Below the pieces are notes generated by a model. That model did not search any database. It had not been told where the DNA came from and saw only the letters and a list, made by a program, of their open reading frames with translations. Position numbers and translations under genes: made by a program. A stretch of 64,000 nt of DNA from Actinomyces timonensis (GTDB lineage: Bacteria > Actinomycetota > Actinomycetes > Actinomycetales > Actinomycetaceae). The stretch is taken from contig NZ_CP159989.1 of assembly GCF_040702965.1 (NCBI RefSeq), positions 1,059,678-1,123,677 of the forward strand, read 5' to 3'. Of the stretch, positions 31,248 to 40,843 are shown one piece after another; position 1 is the first letter of the stretch; every line of letters begins with the position of its first letter.

Positions 31248-32755
31248 TGGCCCCGCCCGATGTGAGCTCCTGGCTCGTGGCCGCGTACGCGCTCGTCATG
31301 CTGGGCGTGGCGTGGGCCGTGGACGTCCTCGGCTCGCGCAGCGCCCGGCGCTCCCTGAACTGGCGGCACGCGGACTTCGTCTACCACGACGATGTCGACG
31401 GCTGGCGCTGCCACGAGGACCAATGGCTGTGGCCGACGGCCTTCGACCCGGACAAGCGGGTCATCCGCTACGAGGGCGCGCACGCGATCTGCGGGCGCTG
31501 CCCGGCGAAGAGCACGTGCTCTCCCACACCAGGCCCCCGGGAGATCACCAGGCCCGTGGACCCCTGGCCCTACTCCGAGGCCGGGCGCTTCCACCGGGGC
31601 CTGGCCCTCGTCATCGCCATGGCCGGCGCCTTCCTGTGCCTGAGCATGACCCTGCTCCTCCACCGCCCCGGCGACCTCATCGTCCTGGGGACGGCTCTGG
31701 CCATCATGGCGGCGGGCTCCTACCCGCTCGCTCGCCATCTGCGGTCCGCCCCTGACGGCGCCCCCGAGCACCTGCCCCATATCGGCGCCGAGGAGCTGGC
31801 CGCCACGATCCCCGGGGCCGGCGCGGGCCGGGGGGGGCGGCGCGGGGGACAGGGCTGGCCTCAGAGCCGGAAGCCTCTCCACGGCGGGCTGGTCCCGCCT
31901 GCCCTCCAGGAAGGACACCACCGCATGACCACCCCGATGCTCGCCGCGCTCTGCGCGGTCATCCTCCTCGCCCTGCTCCTCTCCCTGTCGCTCAAGACCG
32001 TCTCCCAGTACGAGCGGGGCGTCGTCTTCCGCCTGGGGCGCCTGCGCCCCGTCTACGAGCCGGGGCTGCATCTCGTCATCCCCCTCGTGGAGCGGATGCA
32101 GAAGGTGGACACGCGCGTGGTGACCCTGACGATCCCGCCCCAGGAGGTCATCACCGAGGACAACGTGCCCGCCAGGGTCAACGCCGTCGTCCTGTTCAAC
32201 GTGACCGACCCGGTCAAGGCCGTCATGGAGGTGGAGAACTACGCCATCGCAACCTCCCAGATCGCCCAGACGACCCTGCGCTCCGTGCTCGGGCGCGTGG
32301 ACCTCGACACCGTTCTGGCGCACCGCTCGGCCCTCAACGCCGACCTGCGCGACATCATCGAGGGCCAGACCCGCCCCTGGGGCGTGGATGTGGGCGTCGT
32401 CGAGATCAAGGACGTGGAGATCCCCGAGCAGATGCAGCGCGCGATGGCCCGGGGCGCCGAGGCCGAGCGGGAGCGGCGGGCCAAGGTCATCAGCGCCCGT
32501 GGCGAGCTCCAGGCCTCCGAGGAGCTGCGCCAGGCCGCGGACACGCTCTCGCGCTCGCCCGCCTCGCTCCAACTGCGCTACCTCCAGACCCTCCTTGAGC
32601 TGGGGGCCGACCAGAACTCCACCGTCGTCTTCCCCTTGCCCATGGACCTCATCGGGCCGATCCTGAACAGGTACGCGCCCGCCGACGGCGACGGGCCCGA
32701 CGGGCGGGCGCGCGAGGACGGCGGCGGCTCAGCGCTGCCGCCATCCCAGGCCTGA
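31247..32755 (+). CDS. apparent fusion ORF: N-terminal 3-TM domain with a four-Cys motif, joined to a complete SPFH/band-7 (stomatin/prohibitin-like) protein beginning at Met 31925
   Basis: N-part 'WRCHEDQWLWPTAF...AICGRCPAKSTC' between TM helices; C-part 'LKTVSQYERGVVFRLGRLRPVYEPGLHLVIPLVERMQKVDTRV...ERERRAKVISARGELQASEELRQAA' SPFH. The G8 run at 31828-31838 may hide an indel: with seven Gs the upstream gene would stop at TGA 31926-31928, overlapping ATG 31925 (ATGA). Confidence 0.55.
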   Translation: MAPPDVSSWLVAAYALVMLGVAWAVDVLGSRSARRSLNWRHADFVYHDDVDGWRCHEDQWLWPTAFDPDKRVIRYEGAHAICGRCPAKSTCSPTPGPREITRPVDPWPYSEAGRFHRGLALVIAMAGAFLCLSMTLLLHRPGDLIVLGTALAIMAAGSYPLARHLRSAPDGAPEHLPHIGAEELAATIPGAGAGRGGRRGGQGWPQSRKPLHGGLVPPALQEGHHRMTTPMLAALCAVILLALLLSLSLKTVSQYERGVVFRLGRLRPVYEPGLHLVIPLVERMQKVDTRVVTLTIPPQEVITEDNVPARVNAVVLFNVTDPVKAVMEVENYAIATSQIAQTTLRSVLGRVDLDTVLAHRSALNADLRDIIEGQTRPWGVDVGVVEIKDVEIPEQMQRAMARGAEAERERRAKVISARGELQASEELRQAADTLSRSPASLQLRYLQTLLELGADQNSTVVFPLPMDLIGPILNRYAPADGDGPDGRAREDGGGSALPPSQA

Positions 32756-33670
32756 GGGGCGCCGCGAGACCTGGCGCGCCAGGTCGACGACGAACACGGC
32801 GACCGCCGCCCACACCAGCGCCATGGCGGCCCAGCGGGCGCCGGAGATCTCCTCGTGGAGCACCAGCCACGCCAGGAGGAATTGGAGGATCGGCCCGAGG
32901 TACTGCGCCATGCCGATCGTCGTCAGGGCGACCCGGCGGGCGCCCGCGGCGAAGAGCAGGAGGGGGACGGCCGTCACGGGCCCCGCCATCAGGAGCAGCG
33001 CCCCGATGCTCGGCGAGGCCTGCGCGCCCTGGAAGACCGTCCGGCCCTGGGCGGCGAGGCAGCCCAGGTAGGCGGCGGCGAGCGGCGCCACAGCCAGGGA
33101 CTCCACGGTGAGCCCCGTGAGGGCGTCCACATGCGCCCCGGAGCGCTTCTTCGCCAACCCGTAGAGCCCGAAGGTCCCCGCCAGCCCGAGGCTCACCCAC
33201 GGCAGCGTCCCCTGGGCGACGACGAGCACGAGCACGCCGAGCCCCGCCAGGGACAGCGCCGCCAGCTGGAGCCGGCGCAGCCGCTCCCCGAGGAGGAGCG
33301 CCGCCAGCGCCACGGTGACGAGCGGGTTGATGAAGTAGCCCAGGGCGGCGTCGGCCGTGCGCCCCGAGTTCACGCCATAGACGTAGATGAGCCAGTTGAG
33401 GGTGACGATAACGCCTGAGACCACGAGGGATCCGGCCAGCCGGGGCGTGGTCAGGGCGGCACGCAGCCGGCCCCAGCGGCGCAGCAGGGCCACGGCGACG
33501 AGGCAGGTGGCCAGCGTCCACAGGATCCGGTGCCCGATGATCTCCAGGCTGCCGGCGGCGGCCAGCTGGCGGAAGTACAGCGGGAACATCCCCCACAGCA
33601 GGTAGCAGCCGAGCACCATCGTCAGGCCGGCGGTGGCGGGGGACCGGGTGGGGGAGAAGGGAGCGCTCAT
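32729..33670 (-). CDS. rarD: EamA/RarD-family (DMT superfamily) transporter
   Basis: 313 aa, 10 TM, 'GCYLLWGMFPLYFRQL...FINPLVTVALAALLLGERL...YLGPILQFLLAWLVLHE' RarD signatures; 3' end overlaps the convergent ORF by 27 bp. Confidence 0.75.
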   Translation of the reverse strand: MSAPFSPTRSPATAGLTMVLGCYLLWGMFPLYFRQLAAAGSLEIIGHRILWTLATCLVAVALLRRWGRLRAALTTPRLAGSLVVSGVIVTLNWLIYVYGVNSGRTADAALGYFINPLVTVALAALLLGERLRRLQLAALSLAGLGVLVLVVAQGTLPWVSLGLAGTFGLYGLAKKRSGAHVDALTGLTVESLAVAPLAAAYLGCLAAQGRTVFQGAQASPSIGALLLMAGPVTAVPLLLFAAGARRVALTTIGMAQYLGPILQFLLAWLVLHEEISGARWAAMALVWAAVAVFVVDLARQVSRRPSGLGWRQR

Positions 33671-33821
33671 CGTGCTTTCATGGCTTGGTCGACCTGGCTT
33701 TCGCGCCTGGGGGAGGCGGGCCCGATACTATCGGCGCGCCGGGCGCCCCGCCCGGATGACTCACCGCCCCGCATCGACCCGCATGCTGTGTGAATCCGCA
33801 TGCCGGATGAAGGAGAGCCCC

Positions 33822-34328
33822 ATGGCCGACTCCGCCCGCGCCCGCAAGGTCGCCGACCGCATCCATGAGACCGTGGCCCGCCTCCTCCAGGGCCGCGTCA
33901 AGGACCCCCGCCTGGGGTTCATCACCATCACCGACGTCCGTGTCACCGGTGACCTGCAGCAGGCCACCGTGTTCTACACCGTCTACGGCTCCGACGAGGA
34001 GCGCAGGGACACCGCCGCCGCGTTGCGCTCGGCCACCGGCCTCATCCGCTCCGAGGTGGGCCGCGCGCTCGGCATCCGGCTCACCCCCACGATCGCCTTC
34101 CAGCTCGATGCCCTGCCGACGACGGCCAGGTCCATCGAGGACGCCCTCGCCCAGGCCCGTGTCAACGACGAGCGGATCGCCCGCGCTGCCGAGGGCGCCG
34201 CCTACGCCGGGGACGCCGACCCCTACCGGCACGACGACGAGGAGCCCGCTGAGGACCTCGCCGAGGGCCCCGACGATGAGCCCGCCACCGGGGCCGTCGG
34301 GGCGCGGGGCGCGGCGGCGGAGCGGTGA
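33822..34328 (+). CDS. rbfA: ribosome-binding factor A
   Basis: 'RARKVADRIHETVARLLQGRVKDPRLGFITITDVRVTGDLQQATVFYTV' KH-like RbfA core with an acidic C-terminal tail. Confidence 0.85.
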   Translation: MADSARARKVADRIHETVARLLQGRVKDPRLGFITITDVRVTGDLQQATVFYTVYGSDEERRDTAAALRSATGLIRSEVGRALGIRLTPTIAFQLDALPTTARSIEDALAQARVNDERIARAAEGAAYAGDADPYRHDDEEPAEDLAEGPDDEPATGAVGARGAAAER

Positions 34329-35398
34329 GCCGTCCCCGCGTCGCCCGCGGCGCCGTCACCGCCGACGACGGCCTCCTCCTCATCGACAAGCCCGCCGGCG
34401 TCACGAGCCACGACGTCGTCGCCGCCGCGCGCCGCATGGGCGCCATCCGCAGGGTCGGCCACGCCGGCACCCTCGACCCCATGGCCACCGGCCTGCTCAT
34501 CCTCGGGGTCGGCCGCGCCACACGCTTCCTCACCCACCTCGTGGGCGCCGACAAGACCTACGAGGCGACCGCGCGCCTGGGTCAGGAGACCCTCACCGAG
34601 GACGCTGAGGGCGAGCCCACCGCCTGGCGGGGCTGCCCTGCGCCCGCGGGCGAGGCTGGGGAAGCCGGTCTCAACGGGCGCCTTGAGGCCGCACTGGCCG
34701 GCTTGACCGGCCCGATCATGCAGGTCCCCAGCGCTGTCTCCGCCATCAAGGTCGACGGCGTGCGCTCCTACAAGCGCGTGCGCGACGGGGAGGATGTCGC
34801 CCTGGCGGCGCGCCCCGTCACCATCCACGCGATCACGCCCCTCGGGGCCCTCCGCCCGGGAACCGTGACAGGACCGGATGGCCAGGAGGTGCCCGTCCTC
34901 GACCTCGACCTGCGCGTGACCTGCTCCTCGGGGACCTATATCCGCGCGCTGGCGCGCGATCTCGGCGAGGCCCTGGGCTGCGGCGCGCACCTGACCTCCC
35001 TGCGCCGCACCCGCGTCGGCCCCTTTGATGTGACCGAGGCCCTCACCCTGGACCGGGCCAGCGCCCAGGTGGAGGCCGGCGCCGGCGAGGACCCGCCATC
35101 GGGTCTGCGCGTGCTTCCCCTGGCCGAGGCCGGGCGGCGCTGCTTCCCCGCCGTCGAGCTCAGCCGCGACGAGGCTCGCGCGATCCGCCACGGGCAGGGA
35201 CTGCCCCAGGCGGTGCTGGACCGCGAGGGGCCGGTGCCCGAGCGCCCCGTGGTCGTGAGGGCGGCGACGGCCGCCGGTGACGAGCGCGACGGGGGGCGGG
35301 GCGTCGTCGCCGGGTTCGATCCCGACGGCGTCCTCGTGGCACTGTTGATCCGAAAGGGCGGGCGGGCCCGGCCGGCCCTCGTCCTATCACCAGCATGA
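34325..35398 (+). CDS. truB: tRNA pseudouridine(55) synthase TruB
   Basis: 'LLLIDKPAGVTSHDVVAAARRMGAIRRVGHAGTLDPMATGLLILGVGRATR' catalytic Asp motif; PUA-like C-terminus; ATGA overlap with rbfA. Confidence 0.9.
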   Translation: MSRPRVARGAVTADDGLLLIDKPAGVTSHDVVAAARRMGAIRRVGHAGTLDPMATGLLILGVGRATRFLTHLVGADKTYEATARLGQETLTEDAEGEPTAWRGCPAPAGEAGEAGLNGRLEAALAGLTGPIMQVPSAVSAIKVDGVRSYKRVRDGEDVALAARPVTIHAITPLGALRPGTVTGPDGQEVPVLDLDLRVTCSSGTYIRALARDLGEALGCGAHLTSLRRTRVGPFDVTEALTLDRASAQVEAGAGEDPPSGLRVLPLAEAGRRCFPAVELSRDEARAIRHGQGLPQAVLDREGPVPERPVVVRAATAAGDERDGGRGVVAGFDPDGVLVALLIRKGGRARPALVLSPA

Positions 35399-35667
35399 TG
35401 AGCCCCGGCGAAGGGAGTACGGCGATGAGTGGATGCGGCTGCGGAGGACGCGCGTGCGGTGGCCCCGGCGCGGGGCCCGCCGGGGCCCAGGCCGATCGCG
35501 CCCCGGCCCCCCAGGTGGTCCAGCCCATGGCGGCCGCGGTCGGAGGCGCCGCGAGCGTCGGGGGCATCGTCCCCGGCCGCAAGGCCGGCAACATCCTGGG
35601 CCTGCGCGCCGTCAGCGCCGCGCCGGCCGCCCCTGGTGGCTGCGGCTGCGGGAACCACGGGCACTGA
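35395..35667 (+). CDS. hypothetical 90-aa Cys/Gly-rich small protein (possible metal-binding protein or peptide precursor), translationally coupled to truB
   Basis: ATGA overlap with the truB stop; GC3 ~88%; N-terminal 'SGCGCGGRACGG' and C-terminal 'GGCGCGNHGH' (11-bp DNA repeat tgcggctgcgg at both ends). Could still be a spurious high-GC ORF. Confidence 0.35.
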   Translation: MMSPGEGSTAMSGCGCGGRACGGPGAGPAGAQADRAPAPQVVQPMAAAVGGAASVGGIVPGRKAGNILGLRAVSAAPAAPGGCGCGNHGH

Positions 35668-35706
35668 GAACCCGCTTGGCCGCGGCGGCTTGAATCGACG
35701 GCGCGG

Positions 35707-35736
35707 GGGAGGAGGCGGGGCCCGCCCCCTCCTCCC
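35707..35736. terminator. GC-rich hairpin between the convergent small ORF and the ABC-ATPase gene (bidirectional terminator candidate)
   Basis: GGGAGGAGG-cggggcccgccc-CCTCCTCCC; the loop has its own GGGGC/GCCCC sub-stem. Confidence 0.55.
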
Positions 35737-35760
35737 TGGGCAGCGCGGCTGGTGCCCGGC

Positions 35761-36579
35761 TCAGACCGCCTGGCGCTGGAGGGCTCGGGAGACCTTGTCG
35801 AGGCGCTCGGCGGCGCCCGACCCGTCGTAGTCGCCCAGGGCGATGTCCTCCTCGATGGCGCCATCGACGAGCACCAGGACCCGGGCGGCGCGCGCTGCCA
35901 CATGGGCGTCGTGCGTGACCACCACGAGCGTCGTCCCACCGGCGTGGATCTTGCCGAGCAGGTCGAGGATCTGGGAGGCGGCCGCGGAGTTGAGCGCGCC
36001 CGTGGGCTCGTCGGCGAAGACCACGGCGGGGTCGTTGATGAGGGCCCGGCAGATCCCCGCCCGCTGAAGCTGGCCGCCGGAGACCTCGTTGATGCCGCTG
36101 CCGGCCTGATCGGCGATCCCCATGGCCCGCATGAGCCCCTCGGCCCGCTCCACCACCTCCTGGCGCGGCCGCGCCCCGGCCAGGAAGCCGGGCAGGACGA
36201 TGTTGTCCAGCAGGCACAGGGTGGCCAGGAGGTGCGGCTGCTGGAAGACGAAGCCCATGCGCTTCAGGCGGAGGTCGGCCAGCCGCTTCTCCCGCAGCGT
36301 CGTCAGGTCGACGACGCCGCCCGAGTGCGCGAGCTCGACCGTGCCGCTCGTGGGGCGGTCCATGCCGCTCAGGCAGTGCAGGAGAGTGGACTTCCCCGAG
36401 CCCGATGGCCCCATGATCGCGACGAACTGACCGGCGGGGATCTCCAGGTCCAGCCCGTCCAGGACCGGGGCGCGCTGGTAGGCCTTGACCAGGCCGGTGG
36501 CTCGCAGCGCGGGGGCGCCGGTCGCGTCCTCGGGCGCCCGCGGGTCGGGTCGGGCGGCGCGGCGCGGTGATGGGCTCAT
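35761..36579 (-). CDS. ABC transporter ATP-binding protein (MacB/LolD-like)
   Basis: Walker A 'GPSGSGKST', Q-loop, signature 'VSGGQLQRAGICRAL', Walker B 'VVFADEPTGALN', H-loop 'VVVTHD'. Confidence 0.85.
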   Translation of the reverse strand: MSPSPRRAARPDPRAPEDATGAPALRATGLVKAYQRAPVLDGLDLEIPAGQFVAIMGPSGSGKSTLLHCLSGMDRPTSGTVELAHSGGVVDLTTLREKRLADLRLKRMGFVFQQPHLLATLCLLDNIVLPGFLAGARPRQEVVERAEGLMRAMGIADQAGSGINEVSGGQLQRAGICRALINDPAVVFADEPTGALNSAAASQILDLLGKIHAGGTTLVVVTHDAHVAARAARVLVLVDGAIEEDIALGDYDGSGAAERLDKVSRALQRQAV

Positions 36580-36594
36580 CGGCGGTTCTCCTTC

Positions 36595-38902
36595 TCACTC
36601 ACTGGTGCGCGGGGACGCGGTGGGAAGCCGCCGCAGGGCGAGCCCGATGGCGACGGCGGTCGTGACGATGACGGCGGCCGGGATCATGAGCGCAACGACC
36701 CGCGCCTGGGGGAGCAGCTCGATCCCGGGCGCTCCTCGGGAGGCCATGATCGTGCTCACGGCGAGATCCCCGACGGAGAGGGCGAGGAGGATCCCGGTGA
36801 CGAGCCCGATGACGGCGATGATGCCGAAGCGGGTGAGGTAGTGGCGTCGAATGGACCGCACGGGCGCCCCCAGGGCTCGCAGCGTGGTGACCTGCTCGCG
36901 CTCCCGGGTCAGGATCAGCGTCACGAGCAGCGCGGTGATGAGGAAGGACAGTGCCAGTGATGACGCGCAGGTCATGAGCGCGATGCGGCGCACCTGGGAC
37001 CCCGTGGCCCCGAAAAACTGGGAGGCGTGGTCGCTCATGGCCGTCACCTGGGCCTCGGGGAGAACGGGCCTCAGGTCGTGCGACGGCGCGCGGGTCCTCG
37101 CCGTCACGCGCATCGGCGTAGGCCAGGCGCCACAGGGCCGGGGAGCCGTCGTCGAAGAGCGCCTTCGCGGTCAGGCCGTTGTTGGTGATGTCCTGGTAGA
37201 CGCCGGTGACAGTCAGGTCCCGGTCACCCCGCTGGCCGCGCACGGTGACGGTGGAGCCCTCGGAGGCGCCGGCCGCCCGCGCCTGGCTGTAGGACAGGGC
37301 GATCTCGTCGGCGCCGCCGGGGCCCCGGCCGGAGAGGTACCTCATCGGGAAGGCGTCGTGATCGCCGATGTCGATGAGCAGCGGTTCCCACCGGTCCTCG
37401 GCGACCCGCATCTCATAGCCGCGGCGCTGGATGACGGCGCTGCGCTCGATGCGTGGGTCGGCCTCCAGGGCCTCGCGCGTCGCGGTGAGGTCCTCGTCCC
37501 CGCCGCGCGCGTCGATGCGCAGGTCGGCCTCGCCGGCGCCCAGGTACGTGGCGATGCTGGGGTTGTCCAGGGTCGAGGCGATGTTGAGGGGGATCAGCAT
37601 CGTGGTGGTGGCCAGCGTGAGCACTCCCAGCATGAGGATGTTGGCGGGCCGGAGCGCCTGCCGGATCCCGAGCCATTGCAGGGCGGGCAGGCGGCGAGAG
37701 CGGGACAGGCGCCACCGGTGGCGGCGCGCCTTCACCGCCCCGGAGGCGCCCGCACGCAGCGCCTCGACGGCGCTGAGGCGGCCTATCCGTCGCAGGGTCA
37801 GGCGGGTCAGGCCGATGACGAGGCCCGCCAGTACCAGCACCGCGGCTCATGGCAGCCCGAAGGCCCAGGCACTGGTCGGGGGCGCGCCCAGGTAGGTCAG
37901 GGCGGGGGCCTCGAGGGCGGCGCCGAGCGGGACTCCCACCGCGTAGCCGATGAAGGCGCCGATGCTGGTCAAGGCGAGGTGCTTGACCAGGTAGAGCCGG
38001 GCGATCCGGCCCGGCGCCGCCCCGATCGCCTTGAGCACCGCGATCTGGGCCAGGTCCGCCTCGATCGCCGTGAGCGCCGTGTAGCGCAGCGCGAGCACGG
38101 AGACCGCCGCCAGCACGAGCGCCACGATCACCGCCACCGCGGCGATGAGCTGGGTGCTCAGCGCGCTCATGAGGCGGATCATCGAGGCGTCGACATGGAT
38201 GCCCTGATGAGGTAGGCCAGCGTCGTTGTAGGCGGCGATCACCGAGCCGGGCCGGGCGGAGTCAGCCAGGTCGAACTCGATGTAGTACTCGGGCTCGGTG
38301 ATGCGCGCGGCCAGCGCCTCGAAATCCTGGGGGCTGACCACCAGCCGCTTGGAGGGGATCATCGCGGGGTTCATCTGGGCGTCCCGGAAGAACCCCACCA
38401 CCCTCATGCTGATAGCCGTCTCCCCGGTCCCCACGGAAACCGTGTCCCCGACGCTCGCCGCCCCGGCCACCGAGTAGTGGATCGGCAGGGCGATCTCGCC
38501 CGGCCTCGGATCCACGGGCCTGCCGTCGTCGCCTATGAGCAGGTCGATGCGCCGCGGGGCGGTGACGAAGGCGGGCTCCTGGAAGGAGTCGGCCTGGTTG
38601 GCGCCGCCGATCCACAGCTCGGCGCGGGGCGCGGGCAGGGACTCGATGATCTCGTGGTCGACGACGTCCGGGCGGGAGTCCGCCCAGGCTGTGATTGCGC
38701 CCGCGTCGAGGCACCCCGCGTGCATCTGCACGAGGTCCGGCAGATTGGCCCGACGGGCGAGCTGGCTCGTGGCCGTCGTCGTGTCGACGACGATGCGCGC
38801 GGACGCGCTCGCCAGTGAGCAGGCCAGGGCGATGAGCGCCGTCAGGGTCACGGCGACGGCGGCGCCGCGCGCCAGATCGGCCCTCAGGAGCCTGCGGAGC
38901 AT
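36595..38902 (-). pseudogene. FtsX-family (MacB-type, two-domain) ABC permease interrupted by an in-frame TGA (37847-37849) and a frameshift near 37080-37120
   Basis: First FtsX domain 'MLRRLLRADLARGAAVAVTLTALIALA...extracytoplasmic domain...LIAAVAVIVALVLAAVSVLAL...AFGLP*AAVLVLAGLVIG' (stop falls between TM3 and TM4); second half continues in 36599-37840, C-terminal TMs in another frame (36595-37113). Confidence 0.65.
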
Positions 38903-40171
38903 ATCGCGCCCTCCTTGAGCGAGTCGGTGGGGGAGGCGGGCATCGCTCGCGGGCTCCAACGCCCCCGCTTGGCGCCCAGGAGGGCCGCGAGCGCGATCGT
39001 GAGCGCCCCGGCGACGGTGATCGTCAGCGCCGCCCCCCGTCCCGGCCCGGAGCCGACCAGCGCCGCCGGGAACCCGCCGTCGCGCACGAGGGGGGAGAAG
39101 ACGTAGTCCGCCAGCGGGGCCGCGGTGGCGTAGGCCAGGAGGTAGCCCGACTGCGTGATGAGGCTGATCGCTCCCCAGGCGGAGGCCTCGCGCCCACGGG
39201 CGAGGCACGCGCGCGCGAGAGCATCGGCGCCCGCCTGGCACAGGGCGAGCGCGGCGAAGGCGATGATCCCCGCGATGGCGACCGACCAGGGCCAGGGGCG
39301 GGCGGCCACGGCGATCATCGCGGCCCCCGTGACGGCGGTGCCGCCGGTGAGCAGGGTGGCCGGGCGGGCCCGCGTGGCGGTCGCCAGGGCGGCGCCGACC
39401 AGGAGGCCCGTGGCGCACAGCGTCTCGATGAGGCCGACTCTCGAGGCGCTCATCCACGGCAGGAGGGAGGGCTTGAACAGCACCTGCACGATCCCGATCG
39501 TGGAGGTCAGCGCGGTCATGATGATGACGAGGGCCCGCAGGCGGGGCTCGTAGCGGATCTGGCGCCATCCGCCCAGGAGGCGCTCGCGGGCGGGCGCCTC
39601 GGCCGCCCGCGCGGGCAGGGCCCGCCGCACGGCCAGTGAGCAGGCTGCGGTGAGGGCGCAGGTGGAGGCGTCGATGATGATGATGCCGGGCAGTCCCAGG
39701 ACCGGTAGGAGGAGGCCCGCCAGGGCGGGGGCCACGAGGAAGCTTGGCGGCGCTCGACGCCTGGAGGAGGCCGGAGGCCCGCACGTACTGCGCGGGATCG
39801 ACGAGCTCGGAGACGGAGGCCCGCAGGGCGGGCTCGGTGAGCGAGGCCATGATGGAGGACAGGGTGACGCCGACCAGCACGAGCGCCAGGCTCGGGCGGT
39901 CCGATCGCAGCGCCACCAGGATGACGAGCAGGCCGAGGACGGAGCCGCCGTCGCCGGTGATCATGACCAGGCGGCGGTCGTGGCGGTCGGCCAGGGCTCC
40001 CGCGGCGGGGGCCAGGAGGATGAGCGGTGCCAGGGCGCATGTCTGCACGGCGGCCACGGCGCTGGCCGAGCCGGTGGAGGCATAGGCCATGATCGCCAGG
40101 CCGAAGGCCGTCATCCCCGTGCCGAGCGAGGTGATGAAGGAGCCCATGACCAGCAGGACGAGCAGCCTCAT
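38884..40171 (-). CDS. MFS-family transporter, frame broken near 39740 (apparent 1-nt insertion)
   Basis: N-terminal 'MRLLVLLVMGSFITSLGTGMTAFGLAIMAY...' in one frame, 'FLVAPALAGLLLPVLGLPGIIIIDA...' C-terminal half in frame of ORF 38884-39735; removing one a from gaggAAgctt joins them. Confidence 0.7.
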
Positions 40172-40803
40172 CGCTCCGCCTCCGAGGAGCCGGGCGCGGC
40201 CAGGCCGGTCAGCGCCCCGGGGGCGGTGGAGAGGAGGGCCTCTGCGGCCCGCAGGACGCCGGCCATGCGCCGGGGGGCCTGGTCGGCCTCACCGGTGAAG
40301 ATGCCCTCGTCGACGAGCATGGCTCCACTGGTCAGCAGGATCTCGATGGTGGTGCGCGGGTCGGAGCAGGCGAAGGAGCCCTCGGTGATCCCGTCCTCCA
40401 CGACCCCCACCAGGATCGGGGTGACCGCGCGGATCGTGGTAACCAGGGACAGGAGGTGGGAATACGTGTTGGCGGCGTCGTGGAGGTCGTCGATCATCGC
40501 GGCCGCGTCGTCCTCGACCCTCATGGCGCCTATGACCGCCATGAACCGCTGCGGCGCCGGGAGGCCGGTCGCCGCCGCGGCGGCGGCGCGCTCGGCGATC
40601 AGCGCGGCTTCGCGCTCGATGAGTGCGCGCAGGATCGCGTCCTTGCTGGTGAAGTGGTAGTAGAGCGTGCCCTTGGCGATGCCCACCGCGTCCAGGATGT
40701 CGCCGGTGGTGGTGGCCGTCATCCCCTTGGTGGCGAACAGGCGCTCGGCGGCGTCGAGGATCTCCTCGCGGCGCTCGGCCGCGGGCTTGCTGACACGGGG
40801 CAT
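40168..40803 (-). CDS. TetR/AcrR-family transcriptional regulator
   Basis: 'RREEILDAAERLFATKGMTATTTGDILDAVGIAKGTLYYHFTSKDAI' HTH; stop overlaps the MFS start (operon tetR-MFS-permease-ATPase). Confidence 0.85.
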   Translation of the reverse strand: MPRVSKPAAERREEILDAAERLFATKGMTATTTGDILDAVGIAKGTLYYHFTSKDAILRALIEREAALIAERAAAAAATGLPAPQRFMAVIGAMRVEDDAAAMIDDLHDAANTYSHLLSLVTTIRAVTPILVGVVEDGITEGSFACSDPRTTIEILLTSGAMLVDEGIFTGEADQAPRRMAGVLRAAEALLSTAPGALTGLAAPGSSEAER

Positions 40804-40843
40804 GGGACCGGTCTCCTCCCGGGAGGGCTCTGGGCCGATCCGC

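Noticed and set aside
37847-37849. In-frame TGA in the FtsX permease read as selenocysteine or programmed readthrough
   Set aside because: No SECIS-like hairpin follows. The gene also carries a frameshift, and the assembly shows many indel/substitution errors; pseudogene or sequence error is far more likely.
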